DNA of 34,154 bases, taken from the NCBI GenBank assembly GCA_964632625.1, contig CAZWCK010000001.1, positions 1-34,154 on the forward strand, read 5' to 3'. Under the pieces are notes generated by a model. That model worked only from the letters and a program-made list of their open reading frames with translations. It was not told the origin of the DNA and made no database searches. The position numbers and the translations under genes were made by a program. Shown piece after piece: positions 26,604 through 34,154 of this stretch; positions within the stretch are counted from its first letter, which is position 1; each line of letters begins with the position of its first letter. This stretch comes from an uncultured Oscillospiraceae bacterium (GTDB taxonomy: Bacteria > Bacillota > Clostridia > Peptostreptococcales > Anaerovoracaceae).

Positions 26604-27974
26604 TTAAATTTTTGATGTAACATGATTTGCTGCAGCAAATGCACTGGAAAACGCAAATTGAAGATTATAACCTCCAGTATCACCGTCAATATCAAGGGCT
26701 TCACCTATTATATACAGATGAGGATATTTTTTGGTTTCCATTGTTCTCAAATCTATTTCAGAAAGAGCTATTCCACCCTTAGTGACCATTGCAGTAGTAA
26801 ATGAACCTAACCCGCTTACTGAAAATAAGTCGCAGGTTAGCAAATTTGTGATTGATGATATATTTTCTCCTGAAATTGAAGAACATTTTGCAGTAACTTC
26901 AAGACCTAAACGTTCAAGCAGAAGTTCCAGAAAACGCTTAGGCAATTTAGTATCTTTTTTCTGACAAAAATCATAGATTCCAACAATTAGAGTCTTGTGA
27001 TTTCTAATAAAAAATTTCTTTAATTGTGCGTTGAGTTTATTTTTATCGTCCTTAGGGAAGTAATTAATGGCTATTTCGTCTCCTGTGTTAATGTATCTGG
27101 AAGAATTCAAAATAACGGGACCTGAGAGGTTGCTATGAGTAAATAATATGTCGCCCAAAAAAGTCAACTGTGTTTTCTTGATTGCATTTGGGTTTTGTTT
27201 TACTGTGCTATCCATGGTTTGTGAAATTGCATCTGAAGTCTGAGAAGCAGAATCACAAGCTTGTAGAGATTCAGATTTCTGAAATAAAGTTAGGCGAATT
27301 TTCTTGAAGGAAATTCCTGACAATTCACTATATGGATAATTTTGCACAAAAATAGGAACTAGCGCAGGCTTGACAGATGACGTTTTTATTCCAAGCATGT
27401 TTAATATCTCAAACATGCTTCCATCCGATCCTGTAACCTTATATGAGCAGCCTCCGGTTGCTATTATTAAATTAGCACAAAAGTATGTGCTTGTAGTTGT
27501 TGTTACTTGAAAATTTGCAGTAATGGTGTTGGTTGGTTTGTCTTGGGGTTGAATTGTAAGAATTTTTTCATTGGATTTGATTGTAAACCCATTTGCATTA
27601 GCTTTTTCCAAAAGAGCTTGAAGAACATCGTCTGCTGCCATGGATTTTGGAAAAACTTTCGCATCAGTTCTCTCAAAAGTAGGGCAGCCGTTATGATCAA
27701 AAAAGTCTCTGACGGAAAGATTATTGTGCTTATATAATAGCGTTCGTATTTTGGAACCATTATCTCCGTAATGATTTATGAATTCCTTTATATTTCCACC
27801 ATGTGTCAAATTGCATTGTCCGCTTCCGGACATAAGGAGCTTTAGACCGGGTTTTCTTGACTGGTCTATGATTAATCCATTTGTTTTTTTGTCAAAATTT
27901 GCAGCACAATAAAGGCCGGAAGCACCGGCACCTATTATTATTACGTCATGTGTTCTATGAATGTTATTTGACAT
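26604..27974 (-). CDS. HI0933/YhiN (BaiN-like) family FAD-dependent oxidoreductase
   Basis: Rossmann 'DVIIIGAGASGLYCA', 'IIATGGCSY', and C-terminal 'IIGEALDIDGDTGGYNLQFAFSSAF'. Confidence 0.8.
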   Translation of the reverse strand: MSNNIHRTHDVIIIGAGASGLYCAANFDKKTNGLIIDQSRKPGLKLLMSGSGQCNLTHGGNIKEFINHYGDNGSKIRTLLYKHNNLSVRDFFDHNGCPTFERTDAKVFPKSMAADDVLQALLEKANANGFTIKSNEKILTIQPQDKPTNTITANFQVTTTTSTYFCANLIIATGGCSYKVTGSDGSMFEILNMLGIKTSSVKPALVPIFVQNYPYSELSGISFKKIRLTLFQKSESLQACDSASQTSDAISQTMDSTVKQNPNAIKKTQLTFLGDILFTHSNLSGPVILNSSRYINTGDEIAINYFPKDDKNKLNAQLKKFFIRNHKTLIVGIYDFCQKKDTKLPKRFLELLLERLGLEVTAKCSSISGENISSITNLLTCDLFSVSGLGSFTTAMVTKGGIALSEIDLRTMETKKYPHLYIIGEALDIDGDTGGYNLQFAFSSAFAAANHVTSKI

Positions 27975-28006
27975 AGCAAATCTCCTTTTATATGCACATT
28001 AAGTTA

Positions 28007-28047
28007 CTATTGACAGTGTACTGCGGTTGGAAGTACACTGTCAATAG
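28007..28047. repeat. Perfect 16-bp inverted repeat (9-nt spacer) in the divergent promoter region
   Basis: CTATTGACAGTGTACT-gcggttgga-AGTACACTGTCAATAG. Each arm presents TTGACA on its own strand. Confidence 0.6.
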
Positions 28048-28219
28048 CAATAACAATATATTAAACAAATCTATTTGGTATATGAAACAACAATAAAATT
28101 AATAAAAAATTTATAAAATTTTATTCGATAATATGGTATACTATGATGAGAGGAATATCGTTAGATTGATAATTTGACATATATAATTCAGCAAATGTTT
28201 TGTGAAAGGCAGGAAAACA

Positions 28220-29398
28220 ATGGCAGAAAACAATAATGAAAATAATGAGAAAAATGAGAACAATGAAAACCGTTGCGAAAATGAGACTGTGAAAGCAGCA
28301 GAAGCTACAGATCAACCTGTATCAGAATCTATAATTGGAGGAGAGAGCCAAGAGGGAGTAAGGTATTACAACTCAGAAAAAGCAAATCACAAGAAAAAGT
28401 TAGGGAAAAAGGGATTGATAATTTTTGGATGTGTGGTTTTGGGCGTTATAATTTTAGGAGTATCATGTAGTGCCATGATGAAAGGGATTACTTCAAGTAT
28501 TTCTGGTGGGAGTGCCGTTGGAGAGGTTGAAATCCCGGATAGTGATTATATAGCTACACTTTATGTAGAAGGTACAATCATGGAAAGTAGTGTCAATTCT
28601 TATGGTATAGCAGAAGGCTACCAGCATATTTGGACTATGGAGCAAATAGACAATCTTATTGAGGATAGCAATAACAAAGGTATGATTTTGTTTATAGATT
28701 CACCAGGAGGCTCAGTTTATGCCAGTGATGAATTGTATTTTAAAATTAAGGAGTATCAGGAAGAAACAGGAAATCCTGTATATTCAGCAATGGGTTCAAT
28801 GGCAGCATCAGGTGGATATTATATTTCTGCCCCATGTGACAAAATCATTGCTAACAGAAACTGTTGGACAGGTTCAATTGGTGTAACCATAGGAACATTG
28901 TATGATTTTTCCGAACTTCTTGATAAATTTGGTGTTAAGACAAATACAATAACATCAGGAGCTAATAAAGCTATGGGTAGTTCTGTAGAACCTATGACGG
29001 AAGAACAAAAGGCAATATTCCAGGCGCTTGTGGATGAATCTTATGAACAGTTTGTTGAAGTTGTTGCAGATGGTAGGAACATGGACATCGCTAAAGTTAA
29101 AAAAATTGCTGATGGAAGAATATATACAGCAAAACAAGCCAAAGAGAATGGACTTATTGATGAAATTGGAACAAAGGAAGAGGCAATTTCTGATATGAAG
29201 GAAAGCTATGATTTGCAAGATTGCGAAGTCGCAGATATTCTATATACTAGCAATTCTCTATGGAGTACATTATTTAGCACGGTAGACTTGCCTGATTTAT
29301 CAGCAAAAGGTGATGTTGCAGCAATAATGGAATTGATGGAGGATGCAAATGAATTCCCTGTTAGCTATATGTGTGAGCCACTTAATTCTAGAAAGTGA
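28220..29398 (+). CDS. sppA: Signal peptide peptidase SppA (36K type) with N/E-rich N-terminal tail and TM anchor
   Basis: 'FIDSPGGSV', nucleophile region 'GSMAASGGYYIS', and 'GSIGV'. The start (ATG 28220 versus GTG 28202) is uncertain. Confidence 0.88.
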   Translation: MAENNNENNEKNENNENRCENETVKAAEATDQPVSESIIGGESQEGVRYYNSEKANHKKKLGKKGLIIFGCVVLGVIILGVSCSAMMKGITSSISGGSAVGEVEIPDSDYIATLYVEGTIMESSVNSYGIAEGYQHIWTMEQIDNLIEDSNNKGMILFIDSPGGSVYASDELYFKIKEYQEETGNPVYSAMGSMAASGGYYISAPCDKIIANRNCWTGSIGVTIGTLYDFSELLDKFGVKTNTITSGANKAMGSSVEPMTEEQKAIFQALVDESYEQFVEVVADGRNMDIAKVKKIADGRIYTAKQAKENGLIDEIGTKEEAISDMKESYDLQDCEVADILYTSNSLWSTLFSTVDLPDLSAKGDVAAIMELMEDANEFPVSYMCEPLNSRK

Positions 29399-29496
29399 TT
29401 AGGCTGCATTTATTTTCATTATTTAGCAGTTACTTTTATAAATAAAATAGTTAAAAAAGGTTGATAATTAGGGTAAAAAATAGGTCAAAAAAAATA

Positions 29497-29545
29497 ACGC
29501 TGTTAAGTAAAAATGCTTGACAGCGCATTTTATTTATGATATCTT
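29497..29545 (+). promoter_or_regulatory. Hairpin (possible sppA terminator) overlapping a sigma-A promoter for ylxM-ffh
   Basis: ACGCTGTTAAG-taaaaatg-CTTGACAGCG(C) followed by ATTTTATTT. TTGACA (29517-29522), 17-nt spacer, TGaTATCTT (-10 at 29540-29545). Confidence 0.5.
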
Positions 29546-29654
29546 ATTTTAGTGTGGTGTATGTCAAGCAAAACTGCTAGACAGTCCCCAATATGGGAAA
29601 AATAAAATCTAACATTTTGGGGCATAGAGATACATTGAAAAGGGAGTTGCTTTG

Positions 29655-30011
29655 GTGTTTGATAAGATTGCAGAGATTAGTCTGTTATATGATTTTTATG
29701 GAAGATTACTTACTACAAGGCAGCAGGAAGCTATGCGGTTGTATCATGAAGAAAATCTGTCTTTAGCGGAAATAGCAGAAGAATTTTCTATCAGTAGGCA
29801 GGGAGTACATGATGCTATTAAGAATGCAGAGAAGGCTTTGAATGAGTATGAAGAAAAATTAGGTCTAGTCGAAAAGTTTTCAAAGACTTTAGCGGTTATA
29901 GACAGCATTGATGATAAAATAGACAAAATGATTTATGAAAATGAGAAAAATAAAAAACTAATTATAGAATTGAAGAATATAAAAAAAATAATTGATGACA
30001 TAGAAAACTAA
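29655..30011 (+). CDS. ylxM: YlxM/UPF0122 putative DNA-binding protein (sigma-70 region-4-like HTH)
   Basis: 'LLYDFYGRLLTTRQQEAMRLYHEENLSLAEIAEEFSISRQGVHDAIK' and its position directly upstream of ffh. GTG 29655 lies 8 nt after GGGAG; TTG 29652 is also possible. Confidence 0.88.
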   Translation: MFDKIAEISLLYDFYGRLLTTRQQEAMRLYHEENLSLAEIAEEFSISRQGVHDAIKNAEKALNEYEEKLGLVEKFSKTLAVIDSIDDKIDKMIYENEKNKKLIIELKNIKKIIDDIEN

Positions 30012-30025
30012 AGGAGTTGAAATCA

Positions 30026-31363
30026 GTGGCGTTTGAGGGTTTATCGGATAAATTACAAAGTGTCTTTAAAAAATTGAAGGGCAAAGGGGTTCTAACAGAG
30101 GCAGACATTAATGAGGCAATGCGTGAGGTTAAGCTGGCGTTGCTTGAAGCTGACGTAAATTTCAAGGTAGTGAAAGAATTTGTCGATGTGGTGAAACAGA
30201 AAGCTCTTGGAGCCGATGTGCTGGAGAGTCTGACACCGGCCCAACAGGTAATAAAGATAGTAAATGATGAGTTGGTGGCATTAATGGGTGGCACTAGCAG
30301 TAAGCTTACTTATTCACCAAGAGGTTTTACAGTATTGCTAATGGTAGGACTTCAAGGTACAGGAAAAACTACAACTTGTGGAAAGCTAGCAAGCTATTTG
30401 AAGAAAAATGGCAAGAATCCTATGCTTTGTGCTTGTGACATATATAGACCAGCAGCTATCGACCAATTAGAGGTAGTGGGAAAATCGGTGGGTGTTCCTG
30501 TGTTTACTATGAAAGATAGCAAAGATCCTGAAAAAATTGCAGAAGCGGCAATGAAGCAGGCAGAAATCAAGGGATATGATGTGCTTATAGTGGATACGGC
30601 AGGCAGACTTCAGATTGATGCAGAATTGATGGAAGAACTAGTGCGTATAAAAAGGACTATTAAGCCCCATGAAATATTATTGGTTGTTGATGCCATGACA
30701 GGTCAGGATGCTGTAAATGCTGCAGAAGGCTTTAATGAAACACTTGGCATTGATGGAATAATAATGACAAAATTAGACGGTGATTCTAGGGGAGGAGCAG
30801 CACTTTCTGCGAAGAAGGTAACTGGTAAACCAATTAAGTTCATAGGACTTGGTGAAAAATTAGATGCACTTGAACCTTTTCATCCTGAGAGAATGGCTAG
30901 CAGAATCCTGGGAATGGGAGATATGCTTTCATTAATAGAAAAGGCTCAGGAAAATTTTGATGATAGTAAAGCCGAGGAACTGGAAAAGAAGATAAGAAAA
31001 AATGAATTTACTTTAGAAGATTTTCTGGAACAAATGGGACAGGTAAAGAAAATGGGTGGCCTTGGCAAAATATTAGACATGATGCCGGGTGTAAATTCAC
31101 AGGCAATGAAAGATGTTAATTTAGATGAGAGTGAAAAAGAATTTGCGCAAATGGAGGCAATCATACTTTCAATGACCAAGGCAGAAAGAAAAAATCCAAA
31201 TATTTTGAATGCCAGTAGGAGAAAGAGAATTGCAGCAGGTTCAGGGCAGCCTGTAAGCAAGATAAACTCACTTGTAAAAAAATACGAGGATGCAAGAAAG
31301 ATGATGAAACAGTTCACAGGTGGCAAAATGAAGAGAAACAAATTGTTCAGAGGCTTTAATTAG
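30026..31363 (+). CDS. ffh: Signal recognition particle protein Ffh
   Basis: The canonical N-terminus 'MAFEGLSDKLQ' is obtained from GTG 30026, after AAGGAG. 'GLQGTGKTTTCGKLA', 'DTAGR' and 'TKLDGDSRGG', plus a Met-rich M domain. Confidence 0.95.
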   Translation: MAFEGLSDKLQSVFKKLKGKGVLTEADINEAMREVKLALLEADVNFKVVKEFVDVVKQKALGADVLESLTPAQQVIKIVNDELVALMGGTSSKLTYSPRGFTVLLMVGLQGTGKTTTCGKLASYLKKNGKNPMLCACDIYRPAAIDQLEVVGKSVGVPVFTMKDSKDPEKIAEAAMKQAEIKGYDVLIVDTAGRLQIDAELMEELVRIKRTIKPHEILLVVDAMTGQDAVNAAEGFNETLGIDGIIMTKLDGDSRGGAALSAKKVTGKPIKFIGLGEKLDALEPFHPERMASRILGMGDMLSLIEKAQENFDDSKAEELEKKIRKNEFTLEDFLEQMGQVKKMGGLGKILDMMPGVNSQAMKDVNLDESEKEFAQMEAIILSMTKAERKNPNILNASRRKRIAAGSGQPVSKINSLVKKYEDARKMMKQFTGGKMKRNKLFRGFN

Positions 31364-31479
31364 GACAAATAAATCATAAAATTCTAAAAATAAAAAGTCA
31401 AATTATAGAAGGTCATAAGCTTAGTAAAGATACTGAGTTTGGATATATATTTTAAACGTAAATTAGGAGGAAATATTAC

Positions 31480-31722
31480 ATGGTAAAGATTAGATTAAAG
31501 AGAATGGGTGCTCATAAGAAGCCTTTTTACAGAGTAGTTGTTGCTGATGCTCGTACATCAAGAGATGGAAAATTCATTGAGGAGATAGGATATTACAATC
31601 CGCTAACTGATCCTGCAGACATAAAAATTGACAGTGAAAAAGCACAAAAATGGTTATCAGATGGTGCTCAGCCTACATCAACAGTAAAGGCTCTTTTCAA
31701 AAAATCCGGCATCATTCAGTAA
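31480..31722 (+). CDS. rpsP: 30S ribosomal protein S16
   Basis: '[41 protein letters not shown]'. Confidence 0.97.
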   Translation: MVKIRLKRMGAHKKPFYRVVVADARTSRDGKFIEEIGYYNPLTDPADIKIDSEKAQKWLSDGAQPTSTVKALFKKSGIIQ

Positions 31723-31739
31723 GAAAGCGGGGAAAACTA

Positions 31740-31970
31740 ATGGTAGAATTGGTTGAAGCAATTGCAAAATCACTTGTTGACAAGCCCGAAGAGGTAAAGG
31801 TCAAAGAAGTAGAAGGCAGACAAGCAATTATTATCGAATTGACAGTTGCGCCTGAAGATATGGGTAAGGTAATCGGAAAACAGGGAAGAATTGCCAAAGC
31901 GCTTAGAACTGTAGTAAAAGCTGCTGCAACAAAGGCTAACAAGAAAGTTGTAGTTGAAATAGTTCAATAA
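31740..31970 (+). CDS. KH-domain RNA-binding protein (YlqC/UPF0109)
   Basis: 'MVELVEAIAKSLVDKPEEVKV...VIGKQGRIAKALRTVV' contains the GxxG KH motif. The longer ORF-track start at 31650 would overlap rpsP. Confidence 0.9.
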   Translation: MVELVEAIAKSLVDKPEEVKVKEVEGRQAIIIELTVAPEDMGKVIGKQGRIAKALRTVVKAAATKANKKVVVEIVQ

Positions 31971-31990
31971 TAATAGATATGCTAATTAAT

Positions 31991-32032
31991 AGGGTTAACT
32001 CGAAAGAAATGTTTTGAGATTAACCCTTTTTT
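31991..32032 (+). terminator. Rho-independent terminator or attenuator between the KH gene and rimM
   Basis: AGGGTTAAcTC-gaaagaaatgtttt-GAgATTAACCCT followed by TTTTTT. Confidence 0.65.
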
Positions 32033-32042
32033 ATTGTATAAT
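32014..32042 (+). promoter_or_regulatory. Candidate sigma-A promoter for rimM-trmD, overlapping the terminator 3' arm
   Basis: TTGAGA (32014-32019), 17-nt spacer, TATAAT (32037-32042). Confidence 0.45.
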
Positions 32043-32093
32043 AGCGTTGTTACTAATAATCGTAAGAGGTTAGTATTAAAAGCGGAGGGAAAA

Positions 32094-32591
32094 ATGGAAA
32101 AAATCAAAATAGGCAGGATTGTAAACGCTGTGGCTCTCAGAGGAGAGGTTAAGGTATATAATTATTCTGATTATAAGGAAAGGTATGAGGAATTATCTGA
32201 AATATATATTGAAGACAATTTGGCAGAGATAGAAAAGGTAAGATATCAAAATCATATGGTTATCTTGAAGATAAAGGGTGTTGATGACCGCAATGCAGCA
32301 GAGAAACTGAAGGAAAAGGATATATATATTACAGAAGACGATTTGAGAGAACTTCCTGAGGATACCTATTATATCAGAGATATTTTGGGGTCGCAGGTTT
32401 TTTTAGAAAATGGTGAAAAGTTAGGTTTACTGACTGATGTAATTCAAAACAGAGGTCAGGATTTGTATGAAATAGAAAAGGAAGACAAAAATAAGGTGTT
32501 GATTCCGGCAGTGTCAGAATTTGTTTTGGAAGTGAATACACAAGAAAAGTTTATAAAGGTTAGAGTAATAGAAGGACTGTTGGAACTATGA
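32094..32591 (+). CDS. rimM: 16S rRNA processing protein RimM
   Basis: 'IGRIVNAVALRGEVKV' N-terminus from ATG 32094, after GGAGGG, and a PRC-barrel-like C-terminus. The stop overlaps the trmD start (ATGA). Confidence 0.93.
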   Translation: MEKIKIGRIVNAVALRGEVKVYNYSDYKERYEELSEIYIEDNLAEIEKVRYQNHMVILKIKGVDDRNAAEKLKEKDIYITEDDLRELPEDTYYIRDILGSQVFLENGEKLGLLTDVIQNRGQDLYEIEKEDKNKVLIPAVSEFVLEVNTQEKFIKVRVIEGLLEL

Positions 32592-33325
32592 AGATAGATA
32601 TTTTGACACTTTTTCCGGAGATGTTTACTGCAATCACAACTAGTAGTATGCTAGGGAAAGCTCAGGAAAAAGGAATATTGGAGATACAGCTAACGGATAT
32701 CCGTGACTATAGTTTGGACAAGCACAAAAAGGCAGATGACTATCCTTTCGGTGGCGGAGCGGGAATGGTAATGATGGCTCAACCGGTTTTTGATGCACTT
32801 AATGCTGTGGGCACTGAAAATAAAAAATTGATTTATATGTCTCCAAGGGGAAAAATTTTGAATCAAGAGAAGATTGAAGAGTTGGCAAACACAGCGGAGC
32901 TAGTTATTTTGTGTGGGCATTATGAAGGGATTGATGAGAGAATAATTGAGAATTTTCAAATGGAAGAAATCTCAATTGGAGATTATATACTAACTGGTGG
33001 TGAGTTACCAGCAATGGTGCTTGTTGATGCGGTGGCAAGATTAGTACCAGAGGTTCTAGGAAATGAAAATTCAATCCGACAGGAATCAATTTACTCAGGA
33101 TTGCTTGAATGCCCCCAGTATACAAAGCCAAGGAACTATTTAGATTTGGAGGTTCCGGAGGTTTTAGTAAGCGGTAATCATAAGTTTATTGAACTTTGGA
33201 GATTTGAGAAATCATTAGAGCTGACAAAGGAGAAGCGGCCTGAGCTTTTTAATGAATTTTTAAAAAAAATAGATTCATTAACAAAAGAACAAAAGAAAAT
33301 ATTCCAAAAAATTATTGAAAAATAA
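32588..33325 (+). CDS. trmD: tRNA (guanine37-N1)-methyltransferase TrmD
   Basis: 'MKIDILTLFPEMF', 'YMSPRGK', 'ILCGHYEGIDERI' and 'SIGDYILTGGELPAMVLVDA'. Confidence 0.97.
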   Translation: MKIDILTLFPEMFTAITTSSMLGKAQEKGILEIQLTDIRDYSLDKHKKADDYPFGGGAGMVMMAQPVFDALNAVGTENKKLIYMSPRGKILNQEKIEELANTAELVILCGHYEGIDERIIENFQMEEISIGDYILTGGELPAMVLVDAVARLVPEVLGNENSIRQESIYSGLLECPQYTKPRNYLDLEVPEVLVSGNHKFIELWRFEKSLELTKEKRPELFNEFLKKIDSLTKEQKKIFQKIIEK

Positions 33326-33384
33326 ATCACTACAGAGTTTACAGAAAAAGCTCTTTGGTGTAAGATGTCTAAGAGGAATTTACT

Positions 33385-34154
33385 ATGACAAAAGGGAAAA
33401 GAATTTGTCTGTATTTATTTGTTTTGATTTTGGCAGCCTTGTACATTGTTATTTACACAATACCAAATGTTAGCGGGGCATTAAGAAAGACCGAAATACT
33501 GCAGTATGGAAATGTACAGGTTACAGATGAAGCAACTTGTTATGTTGTACGAAATGAAAAAGTATATTTAGCAACAAATTCAGGAAGTATTAACTACTAT
33601 ATCATGGATGGGGTTCAAGTAAGAAAAGGGACTCAGGTTGTTGAAGTTATAGGTGGCAGCGTAGCGACAGAAGAAACTAGATATGGAGATATTGTTACCA
33701 GACTTGGAGTAGGAGCTGTGAAGGAAGCAGGCTATAAAGCTCAGGGAAAGGGCGTTGTTAGTTATTTTGTTGATGGATATGAAGAATACTTTACCGTGGA
33801 TAAAATAAAGGAACTTAGTTATGATAAAGTTAAGAATCTTCCTATTGAAGTAGTGAATTTAGTAAGAAATGATACTTTGAATGGTGAGCCTTTGTTTAAG
33901 ATTTGTGATAATGGCAGTTGGTACATGGTATGTTTCATCAAATCAGGAAATATATCAAAATATGAAATTGGTTCAAGAGTGACAGTAAATCTTCCTTTAG
34001 GTGATGTGGCATGTATTGTGCAGGATATTATTGACAAAGGTGATATGTGGATGGTAGTGTTGAAGAGTAATTGCTATTATGAGGATTTTGGAAGATTAAG
34101 AAAACAAAAAGCTACTATAGTAACTTCTGATTATAGTGGTATAATAATAGATAA
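33385..34154 (+). CDS. Membrane-anchored protein, possibly HlyD/membrane-fusion-like (3' end outside the window; not in the ORF track)
   Basis: The frame is open from ATG 33385, after AAGAGGAA, to the window end. My translation is MTKGKRICLYLFVLILAALYIVIYTIP...GVVSYFVDGYEEYFT... It has an N-terminal TM anchor followed by a beta-rich domain. The family assignment is from memory only. Confidence 0.4.
   Translation, partial: MTKGKRICLYLFVLILAALYIVIYTIPNVSGALRKTEILQYGNVQVTDEATCYVVRNEKVYLATNSGSINYYIMDGVQVRKGTQVVEVIGGSVATEETRYGDIVTRLGVGAVKEAGYKAQGKGVVSYFVDGYEEYFTVDKIKELSYDKVKNLPIEVVNLVRNDTLNGEPLFKICDNGSWYMVCFIKSGNISKYEIGSRVTVNLPLGDVACIVQDIIDKGDMWMVVLKSNCYYEDFGRLRKQKATIVTSDYSGIIID

Noticed and set aside
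28226-28275. A repetitive AATAATGAAAATAATGAGAAAAATGAGAACAATGAAAAC stretch that looks like a tandem repeat.
   Set aside because: It is in frame and encodes the N/E-rich cytoplasmic tail of SppA (NNNENNEKNENNEN). This is low-complexity coding sequence, not a structured repeat or CRISPR-like array.
29399-29651. A 250-bp spacer before ylxM-ffh that might hold the SRP RNA (ffs) or another sRNA.
   Set aside because: There is no SRP Alu or S-domain-like conserved hairpin (GGAA/GNAR tetraloop helix 8 motif). The visible hairpins are explained by a terminator-like stem plus a promoter and short 5' UTR structures.
31650-31739. A longer N-terminal extension of the KH protein that overlaps rpsP by 73 nt.
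   Set aside because: The extension is the out-of-frame read of the rpsP 3' end. ATG 31740 gives the canonical 76-aa YlqC-type protein.
1-34154. A search for CRISPR arrays, tRNA/rRNA genes, transposases, integrases, or long direct repeats flanking the Tad-like cluster.
   Set aside because: None were found by eye. The cluster boundaries are an ordinary terminator (18386-18413) and the thrS promoter, with no att-like duplications that I could detect without computation.

Overview
This is an AT-rich chromosomal window from a low-GC Firmicute, probably Clostridia-like; all calls rest on motif recognition by eye, with no database search. Most of it is conserved housekeeping sequence in two blocks. 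The first block is tdk, a TIGR01212 radical-SAM gene, queH, asnA and then priA-def-fmt-(YugP-type Zn peptidase)-rsmB-stp-prkC-rsgA-rpe. The second block is ylxM-ffh-rpsP-(KH protein)-rimM-trmD. The left end (about 355-4480) is a loose cluster of small flavoprotein and oxidative-stress genes: flavodoxin-like, DUF2892, PNPOx-like, DUF4397, azoreductase-like and peroxiredoxin, followed by a cold-shock gene. The clearly accessory part is a nine-gene, co-directional Tad/Flp-like (type IVc) pilus cluster at 18493-24352, wedged between rpe and thrS. It sits behind a near-consensus sigma-A promoter and encodes CpaB-like, a degenerate TadZ-like protein, a CpaF/TadA ATPase, TadB, TadC, two 48-codon pilin-like ORFs absent from the supplied ORF track, and two pseudopilin-like proteins. 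All four pilin-type genes start with M-K-x-[LF]-I-V and lack the canonical Flp G/xxxxEY processing motif. No prepilin peptidase or secretin is present in the window. Other points worth a second look are two in-frame TAG codons in the ancestral 5' end of priA and a ThrRS with no TGS domain and no T-box leader. There are also several perfect palindromes in promoter regions (upstream of the peroxiredoxin, in the flavoprotein/sppA divergent region, and upstream of DUF2892). I saw no rRNA, tRNA, CRISPR array, transposase or integrase.
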